A stretch of DNA of 64,000 nt from Atopobiaceae bacterium (lineage in GTDB: Bacteria; Actinomycetota; Coriobacteriia; Coriobacteriales; Atopobiaceae), in NCBI GenBank assembly GCA_902834555.1, contig CADFJN010000012.1, positions 1,602-65,601 of the forward strand, written 5' to 3'. The notes below the pieces were generated by a model. The model searched no databases, had not been told where the DNA came from, and was given only the letters and a program-made list of their open reading frames with translations. Both the position numbers and the translations under genes were made by a program. Position 1 is the stretch's first letter. Each line of letters starts with the position of its first letter. Shown piece after piece: positions 16,945 through 26,900 of this stretch.

Positions 16945-17084
16945 GAGCCATCACCAATCCGATTGAGACCGCCCAACACGGCCTTCTCGACCTTAAAGGA
17001 TAGCAAAGCCCGTAGTCTACAATTGAAGCCCCCGCGCCCGCCACGGGGCGCACACCACGCAACGGTCTCGTCGAGAGGGGCACC

Positions 17085-18332
17085 ATGCCCAAGGTAAGCA
17101 TCATCGTTCCCGTCTACAACACCCAAGAGACGCTGCGCAGGTGCGTCGACAGCATCCTGGGGCAGGAGTACCGCGACTTCGAGCTCATCCTTGCAGACGA
17201 CGGCAGCACGGACTCCTCGCCCGCCCTTTGCGACGAGTACGCCGAGAAGGACGACCGCGTGCGCGTGCTCCACAAGGAGAACTCCGGCGTCTCGGACACG
17301 CGCAACAAGGCGCTTGATGCCGCGCAAGGCGAGTATGTGCAGTTTCTCGACTCGGATGACTGGATTGCCCCCGAGGCCACGCGCCTTCTCGTGCGCGCCA
17401 TAGAGGACAACGACTGCGACATGGTCATCGCGGACTTCTACCGCGTGATTGGCAGCAAGGTCTCGCGCAAGGGCGACATTGACGCCGAGGGCGTCCTCTC
17501 GCGCGAGGAGTTTGGCGACTACATGATCCAGAACCCCTCGGACTTCTACTTTGGCGTTGTGTGGAACAAGCTCTACCGCCGCGACATCATCGAGAAGTAC
17601 CAGCTGCGCATGGACGTCACACTCAGCTGGTGCGAGGACTTCATCTTCAACATGGAGTACGAGCTGCACTGCAAGCGCATCTACCCGCTGCAGGTACCCG
17701 TCTACTACTACGTGCGAACCAGGGGCTCGCTGGCCAGTCAGGGCGCCAATCCTGCCAAGGTCGTCCAGATGAAGCTCAACGTGATTGAGTACTACAACGA
17801 CTTCTACAAGCAGGTCTTTGACGAGGAGGACTACCGCGCACGCCGCCCTGACATCTACCGCTTCTACATCGAGTCCGCCGGAGACGGCGACATCATGCCG
17901 TGGCAGCGCTCGGCCAAGCTGGGCGAGGAGCGCGTGCCCGTCTACGTGAATCCCGAGATGGATGCCGATGCGCTTCTCGGCCTGTACTTCGAGGAGAAGC
18001 TGGTCGAGAGGAACCTCGAGCTTGTGGCTGCACGGTTTGACCTCACCCCGCGTGACGTGCGACTCCTTGCGTTCGTGCGGCTTGGCACGGTCTTCTCAGG
18101 CCGAGAGGAGCTGGCGGACTACTGTGGCTTCTCTACGCTCCAGCTAGCACGCACGCTGCAGCGCCTGCAGTCAAAGCGCCTGGTCACCGTGGAGACGCGC
18201 GTAGAACGCGCGGATGCGGGTGACGAGGCCGCGCGGCCGTTGTTGCCGCGGCACCCGGTGCCATCGCGGCCACCGGGGCAACGAAGACCAAGCTCCTCCT
18301 GGTCACGCCCACCGAGCAGGCGCAGCCCGTGA
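17085..18332 (+). CDS. Family 2 glycosyltransferase with C-terminal MarR-like wHTH region; apparent frameshift near 18220-18240 (3' end continues in another frame to 18463)
   Basis: MPKVSIIVPVYNTQETLRRCVDSILGQEYRDFELILADDGSTD...FLDSDDW (GT2). Later comes LTPRDVRLLAFV...ELADYCGFSTLQLARTLQRLQSKRLVTVE (wHTH). The tail in the called frame is R/P/S junk, while the frame ending at TAG 18461-18463 reads ...KTKLLLVTPTEQAQPVMEAIVQALRD... Confidence 0.75.
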   Translation: MPKVSIIVPVYNTQETLRRCVDSILGQEYRDFELILADDGSTDSSPALCDEYAEKDDRVRVLHKENSGVSDTRNKALDAAQGEYVQFLDSDDWIAPEATRLLVRAIEDNDCDMVIADFYRVIGSKVSRKGDIDAEGVLSREEFGDYMIQNPSDFYFGVVWNKLYRRDIIEKYQLRMDVTLSWCEDFIFNMEYELHCKRIYPLQVPVYYYVRTRGSLASQGANPAKVVQMKLNVIEYYNDFYKQVFDEEDYRARRPDIYRFYIESAGDGDIMPWQRSAKLGEERVPVYVNPEMDADALLGLYFEEKLVERNLELVAARFDLTPRDVRLLAFVRLGTVFSGREELADYCGFSTLQLARTLQRLQSKRLVTVETRVERADAGDEAARPLLPRHPVPSRPPGQRRPSSSWSRPPSRRSP

Positions 18333-18551
18333 TGGAGGCCATCGTGCAGGCGCTTCGCGACTGCGACCGCGTGCGCTGCTCATCCATGGACGAGGACGAG
18401 GCCAACCGCTACAGGAGCGACCGCATGAAGGCGCTCGAGAGCATCCGGCGCACCCTGGCGTAGGGCGCCAGCACTTCTCGGCGCGGGGCTCTTATCGGCA
18501 TCGTTTTGGCTTGGGCCGGTCGCGCGGGATTCCCGCACGGCCGGCCCGCTT

Positions 18552-18697
18552 GTCACACATTCGGGATGCGATTGTGTATCGACCTGCGCGCGATACCGGA
18601 TCGGGTGCGAACGTGTATCTTGGCGCTACACATTCGGCGCCCAAACCTGTATCAACCTGCGCGCGATACAACTTCGGATGCGAATCTGTAGCGCAGG
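18552..18697. repeat. REP-like hairpin array, copy 2 (4 hairpins)
   Basis: tcacacattcgggatgcgattgtgtatc gacctgcgcgc gataccggatcgggtgcgaacgtgtatc ... gctacacattcggcgcccaaacctgtatc aacctgcgcgc gatacaacttcggatgcgaatctgtagc. It lies between the convergent GT2 and ldh genes. Confidence 0.8.
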
Positions 18698-18749
18698 CAC
18701 CCAGCACGGCGCCGTTTACGCACCGCATCAGGCACCGAGAAGCCCTTCC

Positions 18750-19730
18750 CTACTCCTGTGTGGGAACCTCGGGCATGACCTGATCAACGTAGCCGCGGAT
18801 GATCGAGCAGGAGTTGCGCATGGCGCGGCGCTCGTCGTAGGAGAGGTCAATCTCGAGCACGGCATCGATGCCGTTGGAGCCCACGATGCAGGGCGTACCT
18901 GCAGAGATGCCACTCTCACCGTACTCGCCCTCGAGGTGCACCGAGAGGGGCAGCATGCGCTTCTCGTTGTGCAGGACGGCGGTGATAATCTCGGCGACAA
19001 CTGAGGCGATGCCAAACTCGGTGCAGCCCTTGCCACCCACTATCTTGCTGCCAGACTCCTTGACCATGCGCTTGACCTCGTCGAAGTCGATGTTGGTGCC
19101 GGAGTGGTGGTTCATCGCGAGGTACTCGCGCAGCGTGATTGAGCCAACGGTCACGTGCGAGGTGGGGATGAACGAGGAGTCGCCATGCTCGCCCATGCAG
19201 AAGGCCTGAATCTGCTTGGCGTCGACGTCGATGATGCCAGAGAGGATGCGGCGCAGTCGCACGGAGTCGAGCGCGGTGCCGGTGCCAAAGACGTGCTCGC
19301 GCGGCAGGCCAAGGTTGCGGTACAGGTACTCGGTCACGATATCGGCGGGGTTGGAGACGCTCAGCACGATGCCGTTGAAGCCGGAGTCGCGCACGGGGCC
19401 AACGATGCCCTCGAGCACCTTCATGGTGCCGCCGAGCATGTCGAGGCGCGTCTCGCCAGGCCTGCGGCTGCGACCGGCGGTAAGGACGATGAAGTGGGCG
19501 TCCGCGCAGTCCGCGTAGTCGCCAACGCGGATGGTGAACGAGTCGCCCATGCCCGAGGCAAGGTCCTCAAGGTCCATGACCTGGGCCTCTGCAGCCTCAC
19601 GGTTGACGTCGAGAAACACGATCTCGTTCACGAGGTGGCGAAACATCAGGCACAGTGCAACGTGGCTGCCAACGCGCCCGGCGCCGATAATGACAACCTT
19701 GCGCGTCTGAAATGGCTTCTCAATGGGCAT
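18750..19730 (-). CDS. ldh: L-lactate dehydrogenase
   Basis: Internal ATG 19730 is preceded by AAGGAGGAAAGCA. MPIEKPFQTRKVVIIGAGRVGSHVA...; GEHGDS and the Rossmann motif are present. The upstream 60 codons of ORF 18750..19910 are spurious. Confidence 0.9.
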   Translation of the reverse strand: MPIEKPFQTRKVVIIGAGRVGSHVALCLMFRHLVNEIVFLDVNREAAEAQVMDLEDLASGMGDSFTIRVGDYADCADAHFIVLTAGRSRRPGETRLDMLGGTMKVLEGIVGPVRDSGFNGIVLSVSNPADIVTEYLYRNLGLPREHVFGTGTALDSVRLRRILSGIIDVDAKQIQAFCMGEHGDSSFIPTSHVTVGSITLREYLAMNHHSGTNIDFDEVKRMVKESGSKIVGGKGCTEFGIASVVAEIITAVLHNEKRMLPLSVHLEGEYGESGISAGTPCIVGSNGIDAVLEIDLSYDERRAMRNSCSIIRGYVDQVMPEVPTQE

Positions 19731-19879
19731 TGCTTTCCTCCTTGATGGACGGACAACTACTGTGCAACTACTCACCAAGGGGAAATAATACGTCACGAAA
19801 AAGAGAGCGGGCGGTCTCGCGACCGTCCGCTCGCCGACTTGTTTGAATGAGTCGGGGAACTGCTTTCGGCAGCCCGTGA

Positions 19880-19910
19880 ATGAGACAAAGGGACTGTCCC
19901 TTTGTCTCAT
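19880..19910 (-). terminator. 31-bp perfect palindrome ATGAGACAAAGGGAC-T-GTCCCTTTGTCTCAT abutting the ettA stop codon (putative U-tract-less terminator)
   Basis: Perfect 15-bp arms. An identical copy lies at 58290-58320, also at the stop codon of a minus-strand gene. Confidence 0.5.
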
Positions 19911-21589
19911 TAGTCGCGGGTGAGTTTGCGGTGCAGGCGGTGGGGCTTGGACGCCTCCGGGCCCAGGCGACGCTCACGGTCGGCCTGGTAGGCCTCGAAG
20001 TTGCCCTCGAACCAGTGCCAGCTGCCGGGGTTCTCGTCCGTGCCCTCCCAGGCCAGGATGTGCGTGGCCACGCGGTCGAGGAACCAGCGGTCGTGGCTCG
20101 TGACCACCGAGCAGCCGGGGAAGCGCTCGAGCGCGTCCTCGAGGCTCTCGCTCGTCTCGGTGTCAAGGTCGTTGGTGGGCTCGTCCAGAAGCAGGAGGTT
20201 TCCGCCCTGGCGAAGGGTAAGGGCCAGGTTCAGGCGGTTCCTCTCGCCACCGGAGAGCACGCCGGCAGGCTTCTGCTGGTCCGTGCCCTTGAAGCCAAAG
20301 GTCGCCACGTAGGCGCGGCTGGGGATCTCCGTGTCGCCCACGGTGATGTAGTCGTTGCCGTCAGAGACAACCTCCCAGACGCTCTTCTTGGGGTCGATGC
20401 CTTCTCGCATCTGGTCCACGTAGGAAAGCTTGACTGTCTCGCCCAACTCCAGCGTGCCCGAGGAGGGCTGCTCCTGGCCCACGATCATCTTGAAGAGTGT
20501 GGTCTTACCCACGCCGTTGGGGCCAATCACGCCCACGATTCCGTTGCGCGGCAGGTCAAAGGAGAGGTCGTCGATAAGCACGCGGTCGCCAAACGCCTTG
20601 GTGAGATGCTCCACCGTAAGCACCTTGGCGCCCAGGCGCGGGCCCACGGGAATCTGAATCTCGGAGAAGTCGAGCTTCTTGGTGGCCCTTGCCTCGGCCT
20701 CCATCTGCTCGTAGCGCTCCAGGCGCGCGCGGTTCTTGGCCTGGCGCGCCTTAGGGCTCTGGCGCACCCACTCGAGCTCGGAGCGCATCTTCTTTGCGCG
20801 CTTGGCGTTCTCGCGACCCTCGGCCTCCAGGCGGGCGGCCTTCTTCTCCAGGTAGGTGGAGTAGTTGCCCTCGTAGGGGTAGAGCTGGCCGCGATCCACC
20901 TCGCAGATCCAGCCCGCCACGTCGTTCAGGAAGTAGCGGTCGTGCGTGACGGCCATGACGGCACCGGGGTAGTTGTGCAGGAACTGCTCGAGCCACAGCA
21001 CGCTCTCGGCGTCCAGGTGGTTGGTGGGCTCGTCGAGAAGGAGCAGGTCAGGCGCCTCGAGCAGCAGGCGGCACAGGGCCACGCGGCGCCGCTCGCCTCC
21101 GGAGAGCTGGGTCACCGGGGCGTCCGGGTCTGGGCACTGAAGGGCGTCCATGGCCTGCGAGAGCTGGGAGTCCAGGTCCCAGCCATTGGCGGCGTCGATC
21201 TCGTCCTGGAGGCGGCCCATCTCGGCCATGAGGGCGTCAAAGTCCGCGTCGGAGCTCGCCATCTCCTCGCCAATCTGGTTGAAGCGGTTGACCTTGGCGA
21301 TCACGTCCGAGAAGGCCATCTCGATGTTCTCGCGCACGGTCTTGTCCTCATCGAGGGGCGGTTCCTGCTGGAGAAGCCCCACCGTGTAGCCCGGCGTAAG
21401 GCGGGCCTCGCCGTTGGAGACGTCCTCGAGGCCGGCCATGACCTTGAGAAGCGTTGACTTGCCCATGCCGTTGGGGCCAACCACACCGATCTTGGCACCG
21501 GGATAGACGCCCACGGTGACGTCGTCGAGAATGACCTTCTCGCCCACGACCTTGCGGGCCTTGTACATCTGGTACACGAACTCTGCCAT
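19910..21589 (-). CDS. ettA: ABC-F translation factor EttA (energy-dependent translational throttle)
   Basis: MAEFVYQMYKARKVVGEKVILDDVTVGVYPGAKIGVVGPNGMGKSTLLK. Two ABC modules, about 559 aa, no TM. Confidence 0.9.
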   Translation of the reverse strand: MAEFVYQMYKARKVVGEKVILDDVTVGVYPGAKIGVVGPNGMGKSTLLKVMAGLEDVSNGEARLTPGYTVGLLQQEPPLDEDKTVRENIEMAFSDVIAKVNRFNQIGEEMASSDADFDALMAEMGRLQDEIDAANGWDLDSQLSQAMDALQCPDPDAPVTQLSGGERRRVALCRLLLEAPDLLLLDEPTNHLDAESVLWLEQFLHNYPGAVMAVTHDRYFLNDVAGWICEVDRGQLYPYEGNYSTYLEKKAARLEAEGRENAKRAKKMRSELEWVRQSPKARQAKNRARLERYEQMEAEARATKKLDFSEIQIPVGPRLGAKVLTVEHLTKAFGDRVLIDDLSFDLPRNGIVGVIGPNGVGKTTLFKMIVGQEQPSSGTLELGETVKLSYVDQMREGIDPKKSVWEVVSDGNDYITVGDTEIPSRAYVATFGFKGTDQQKPAGVLSGGERNRLNLALTLRQGGNLLLLDEPTNDLDTETSESLEDALERFPGCSVVTSHDRWFLDRVATHILAWEGTDENPGSWHWFEGNFEAYQADRERRLGPEASKPHRLHRKLTRD

Positions 21590-21907
21590 TGCTGCTCCTG
21601 TCTGGGGCCAAACGTGCCCTTGGGTGAGGGGTGCCGCATGCGGCGAGAAGGGCTCGCCACGGGCGTGTGTATGCTCCCATTCTACGGGAGGGCGTGTGGG
21701 CGACCCCGCGGGCGGCGGCGCACGGGGCCGCGCCCTTCAACGTTTATGCACAATCGGATGCCGCTGCATGCCTAAAACCTGCGGTTTCGCCCATGCGTGC
21801 ATCTTTTTTGTTACTACCGGTGGCACAATCGAGGCTGATGGGATACACCTGTACGGCCGCGACCGCTCTGACGGCGGGCATGGTGCAAAGAGAACTGAGG
21901 GGGATTC

Positions 21908-23569
21908 ATGCCAGAGGCAATCCGCAAGGTCAACGTTATCGGCCACCTGCATCCGGACACGGACAGCATCTGCGCCGCCATTTCCTACGCTTACCTCAAG
22001 AACCAGATCGATGAGCCGATCTACGAGGCAAGGCGCGCAGGCACCCTCAACCGCGAGACGGCATTTGTGCTCAAACACTTTGGCTTCGAGGAGCCGCCGC
22101 TCATCACCTCGGTAACGCCGCAGATCAAGGACATCGTGGTGCAAAAGCAGCCCGGCATCGACGCCGAGATGAGCCTCTTCGCCGCCTGGAACATGATGCA
22201 GGACACCAAGGTGGATACGCTCTGCATCACCGATGAGGACAAGCACCTCGAAGGCCTCATCGCGGTGAAGGACGTTGCCAACGCGAACATGGACATCTTC
22301 GACACCGCCATGCTCTCCGAGGCCCAGACCTCCTACAAGAACATCATCGAGACGCTCAATGGCACGCTGCTTCTGGGCGACCCCAACGGCCGCGTGACCA
22401 AGGGCAACGTGCGCGTGGGCACCACACCCGAGATGATGGAGGACACCATCAAGGCCGGCGACATCGTGCTGGTCACCAACCGCTACGAGACGCAGCAGTT
22501 CGCCGTCGAGTGCGACGCCGGGTGCCTGGTCATCTGCTGCGGTGCCAACGTGTCCAAGCGCGTCATTGCCTCCGCCGAGCGCCACGGCCGCACCATCATC
22601 ACCACGCCGTACGACACCTTCGCCGCCGCGCGTCTCATCGGCATGTCCGTGCCAGTGCGCGCCAAGATGCTGCGCAAGGGCATCCTGCAGTTCTCGGTCA
22701 ACACGTCCGTGGACGACGCGCGCAAGATCATGGCAAAGTCGCGTCACCGCTTCTTCCCCGTCATCGACGAGGACGGCTCCTACTTTGGCCTGGTGAGCTC
22801 GCCCAACCTCATCAACATCAAGCGCAAGCACGTCATTCTCGTCGATCACTCCGAGCGTTCGCAGGCCGTGGACGGCCTTGACCAGGCCGAGATCATGGAG
22901 ATTCTCGACCACCACCGCATTGGCACCATCGAGACTAACGCACCCGTCTACTACCGCGCCGAGCCCGTTGGCTGCACCTGCACGATCATCTACAGCGCCT
23001 ACGCCGAGGCCGGCGTGGAGATCCCGCCCAATATTGCGGGCCTCATGCTCTCGGCCATTCTCTCCGACACGCTCACGTTCCGCTCCCCCACCTGCACGGC
23101 CAAGGACCGTCACGCTGCCGAGGAGCTGGCCAAGATCTGCGGCGAGGACATCGAGACGTACGCCGACTCGATGTTCGAGGCCGGTGCCGACCTCACTGGC
23201 CGCACCGCCGAGGAGGTCTTCTACCAGGACTTCAAGGTCTTCAGCCGCGGCAACGCCAAGTTTGGCGTGGGCCAGGGCAGCTACATGACAAAGAATAGCC
23301 GCGTGGCTGCCGAGAACCTCGTGCGGCCGTTCCTCGCCGAGGCCGCCAAGGCCGAGGAGCTGCCCATGATCTTCTACATGTTCACCGACGTTAAGTCGCA
23401 GAGCACCGACCTCATGATCTACGGCAACGGCGCCGAGGACGTGGTGGCGCAGGCCTTTGACGTAAAGCCCAAGGACGGAATGGCGCTGCTCAAGGGCGTT
23501 GTGAGCCGCAAGAAGCAAATCATCCCGCCCATCATGGCAACGCTCCAGAAGATTGACGAGGACGACTAG
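21908..23569 (+). CDS. ppaC: CBS-domain-containing family II (DHH/DHHA2) inorganic pyrophosphatase
   Basis: NVIGHLHPDTDSICAAISYA (DHH motif I), an inserted CBS pair/DRTGG region, ILVDHSE, DHHRIG, and the DHHA2 C-terminus. Confidence 0.85.
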   Translation: MPEAIRKVNVIGHLHPDTDSICAAISYAYLKNQIDEPIYEARRAGTLNRETAFVLKHFGFEEPPLITSVTPQIKDIVVQKQPGIDAEMSLFAAWNMMQDTKVDTLCITDEDKHLEGLIAVKDVANANMDIFDTAMLSEAQTSYKNIIETLNGTLLLGDPNGRVTKGNVRVGTTPEMMEDTIKAGDIVLVTNRYETQQFAVECDAGCLVICCGANVSKRVIASAERHGRTIITTPYDTFAAARLIGMSVPVRAKMLRKGILQFSVNTSVDDARKIMAKSRHRFFPVIDEDGSYFGLVSSPNLINIKRKHVILVDHSERSQAVDGLDQAEIMEILDHHRIGTIETNAPVYYRAEPVGCTCTIIYSAYAEAGVEIPPNIAGLMLSAILSDTLTFRSPTCTAKDRHAAEELAKICGEDIETYADSMFEAGADLTGRTAEEVFYQDFKVFSRGNAKFGVGQGSYMTKNSRVAAENLVRPFLAEAAKAEELPMIFYMFTDVKSQSTDLMIYGNGAEDVVAQAFDVKPKDGMALLKGVVSRKKQIIPPIMATLQKIDEDD

Positions 23570-23590
23570 CGATTCTCGTCTGCGCTTGAT

Positions 23591-23637
23591 GCCGCCCCGG
23601 CCGCCGACATGCTGGCGACCGGGGCGGCTGCTTTTCT
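23591..23637 (+). terminator. Possible terminator hairpin after ppaC (GCCGCCCCGG...CCGGGGCGGC + TGCTTTTCT)
   Basis: 10-bp GC stem with an 18-nt loop, followed by a T-rich run, about 20 nt after the stop at 23569. Confidence 0.4.
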
Positions 23638-23693
23638 CGGCGCGAGGCCCTTCTCGGCGTGAGGTCCTTCTCGGCGTGAAGTCCTTCTCGGCA
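23630..23693. repeat. Tandem CTTCTCGGC-type minisatellite (about 16-bp unit x4)
   Basis: cttttctcggcgcgagg cccttctcggcgtgagg tccttctcggcgtgaag tccttctcggcac, directly 5' of hairpin array copy 3. Confidence 0.8.
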
Positions 23694-23695
23694 CC

Positions 23696-23855
23696 CGAAT
23701 GTGTGACGTTTCGATACACATTCGGGCGCCAAATGTGTAGCGACCTGCGCGGGATACAGGTTCGGAGTCAAACGTGTATCGGATCGCCACACATTCGGGC
23801 CTCGAATGTGTATCAACCTGCACGGGATACAGGTTCGGCAACGAATGTGTGACAG
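23696..23855. repeat. REP-like hairpin array, copy 3 (alternating CGAATGTGT / ACACATTCG arms, about 9 arms)
   Basis: cgaatgtgtgacgtttcgatacacattcgggcgccaaatgtgtagc gacctgcgcgg gatacaggttcggagtcaaacgtgtatc ... ccacacattcgggcctcgaatgtgtatc aacctgcacgg gatacaggttcggcaacgaatgtgtgac. Confidence 0.8.
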
Positions 23856-23965
23856 GCACGCCACCTTCCGGCGCCGGCGCTCCGGCTGCCGTAGAATGGT
23901 GAGCGGTCCTTTGGCGCCGCACCCGCGGCGCGCCCAGCCCACACCCAGCATGAAAGGTGGCCTCG

Positions 23966-26900
23966 ATGGTCTCGCGCATCTACGTTGAGAAAAGGGACGG
24001 ATTCGACGGGGAGGCGCGGGCGCTCAGCCACGAGCTGCGACACATGCTGGGCATCTCGTCGCTCACAGGCCTGCGCATCATCAACCGCTACGACGTCGAA
24101 GGCATCTCCGAAGAGCTCTTCGAGCAGTGCGTGCCCGTTGTCTTCTCCGAGCCCCAGACCGACCGCGCCACGCGCGAGATGCCCGAGGTTGCGGAGGGCG
24201 CGCGCGTCTTTGCCGTGGAGTCCCTGCCCGGCCAGTTTAACATGCGCGACGCCTCGGCGGCCGAGTGCATCCAGCTCGTCTCTCAGGGCGAGCGTCCCAC
24301 GGTGAGAAACGCCAAGGTCTACGTGCTAGAGGGCGAACTCACCGACGACGACCTTACAGCCATCAAGCACTACGTAATCAACCCGGTCGAGGCGCGCGAG
24401 GCGTCGCTCGAGAAGCGCGAGACCCTCGCAACCGCGTACCCGGAGCCCGCAGACGTCGAGGTCCTGGACGGCTTCCTCGACCTGGACGAGAAGGGCATCG
24501 AGGACTTTGTGCGCGACCGCGGCCTGGCCATGGACGTGGCAGACGCCAAGTTCTGCCAGAGCTACTTTACGCACGAGGGCCGCGTTCCCACCATTACCGA
24601 GATTCGCATGATCGACACCTACTGGTCCGACCACTGCCGCCACACCACCTTTGGCACCGCCCTCACCGACATCCAGTTCGACAACACCCAGGCGGCGGCC
24701 GCGTTCCGCCGCTACATGGACGTCCGTCACCAGCTTGGCCGCGACAACAAGCCCGTCTGCCTCATGGACATGGGCACCATTGGAGCCAAGTGGCTCAAGC
24801 ACACGGGCCAGCTCACCGGTCTCGACGAGTCCGAGGAGATAAACGCCTGTACCGTGAAGGCAAAGGTCGATGTCAACGGCCACGACGAGGACTGGCTCTA
24901 CCTCTTCAAGAACGAGACGCACAACCACCCCACCGAGATCGAGCCCTTTGGCGGCGCTGCCACCTGCATTGGCGGCGCCATCCGCGACCCGCTCTCGGGC
25001 CGCAGCTACGTGTACCAGGCCATGCGCGTGACCGGCGCGGCCGACCCCACGGCACCGGTGTCGAGCACGCTCCCCGGCAAGCTCCCTCAGCGCAAGATCT
25101 GCCGCACGGCTGCTGCTGGCTACTCCTCCTACGGAAACCAGATCGGCCTTGCCACCGGCCAGGTCTCCGAGCTCTACCACCCCGGCTACGTGGCCAAGCG
25201 CATGGAGATCGGCGCCGTGGTGGGCGCCACGCCTGCGGACCACGTGCGCCGCGAGTGCCCTGCCCCGGGCGACAAGATCGTGCTTCTCGGCGGTCGTACC
25301 GGCCGCGACGGCATCAGCGGCGCCACGGGCAGCTCCAAGGCGCACAACGTGGAGTCGCTCGAGAAGGACGGCGCCGAGGTCCAGAAGGGCAATGCCCCCA
25401 CCGAGCGCAAGCTGCAGCGCCTCTTCCGCCGCGGCGACGCGTGCCGTCTCATCAAGCGCTGCAACGACTTTGGCGCCGGCGGCGTCTCGGTTGCCATCGG
25501 CGAGCTTGCCGACGGCCTTCTCATCGACCTTGACCGCGTGCCCAAGAAGTACGACGGCCTCGACGGCACCGAGCTAGCAATCTCCGAGTCGCAGGAGCGC
25601 ATGGCCGTGGCGCTGGCCCCCGAGGACGTGGACGAGTTCCTGGGCTACGCGCGCGAGGAGAACCTCGAGGCCACGGTTGTCGCAGAGGTCACCGAGGAGC
25701 CCCGCCTGCGCATGACCTGGCGCGGCAAGACCATCGTGGACGTAAGCCGCGAGTTCCTCTCGTCCAACGGCGCGCCCAAGTCCACCTCGGTGCGCGTCTG
25801 CGCGCCGCACGAGTACCACCACGAGTGGGCCGGCGACACCTTTGCGCAGAAGATGGTATCGCTGGTGAGCGACCTCAACGTGGCGTCCAACAAGGGTCTG
25901 GCCGAGAGGTTCGACTCCACCATTGGCGCCGCGACCGTGCTCATGCCGTTTGGCGGCACAACACAGCTCACGCCGGCACTTGGCATGGCAGCGAAGCTCC
26001 CCGTGGACGGCGAGACAACCACGTGCTCGGGCATGGCGTGGGGCTACAACCCCTATCTCATGAGCGAGGACGAGTACACAGGCGCCTACCTGGCCGTTGT
26101 TGAGTCCGTCTCCAAGCTTGTGGCCATGGGCTTCGAGCACAAGAACTTCTACCTCACGTTCCAGGAGTACTTCGAGAAGCTCCGCGACGACCCCAAGCGC
26201 TGGGGCAGGCCCACGGCCGCACTTCTCGGTGCGCTCATGGCCCAGCTCGACCTGGGCATTGGCTCCATTGGCGGTAAGGACTCCATGTCCGGCTCGTTCG
26301 AGGACCTCGACGTGCCGCCCACGCTCGTCTCGTTTGCCACCGGCCTGGGCAAGGTCGACCGCGTGACCTCGCCGGAGTTCAAGCACGCCGACGATCAGGT
26401 GATCGTTGTGGTGCCTGAGTACGCCGACGACGGCATCACGCCCACGGCGGAGTCCCTTCTCGCCGCGTTTGACTACGTCGAGAAGCTCATTGGCTCCGGC
26501 GCCGCGCGCGCGGTGAGCACGCCAGGCTACGGCTGCATGGCCGAGGCCATGTTCAAGATGTGCGTGGGCAACTTCATTGGCCTGCGCGTGCGCCCCGAGT
26601 TCACCCAGGAGGCACTGCTTAACCCCGCGTACGGCAGCTTTGTGATCGAGCTTGCGCCGGATGCCAGCCTGCCCGAGGCGCCAAAGGGCGTGACCGTGGC
26701 GGCGTTTGGCCAGACGCTCGCGGAGTACGCGCTCTACGCCTGCGGCGAGCGCATGTCCATCCTGGACGACCTTCAGAAGCCCTGGGAGAATGCGCTCTCC
26801 GGCGTGTATCCGTACCTGGGCAAGGCCGATGGCCCGGCATGCGCGCCTCTCTCGTTTGACGCTGAGAAGGCCGGCGTCACGCCCACGCGGCACACGACCG

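Noticed and set aside
19880-21457. 525-aa plus-strand ORF opposite ettA, and the 660-aa minus-strand ORF 21737..23719 opposite ppaC
   Set aside because: Both are antisense shadows of strongly supported genes. They have no recognisable motifs and a biased G/A/V/L/R composition.
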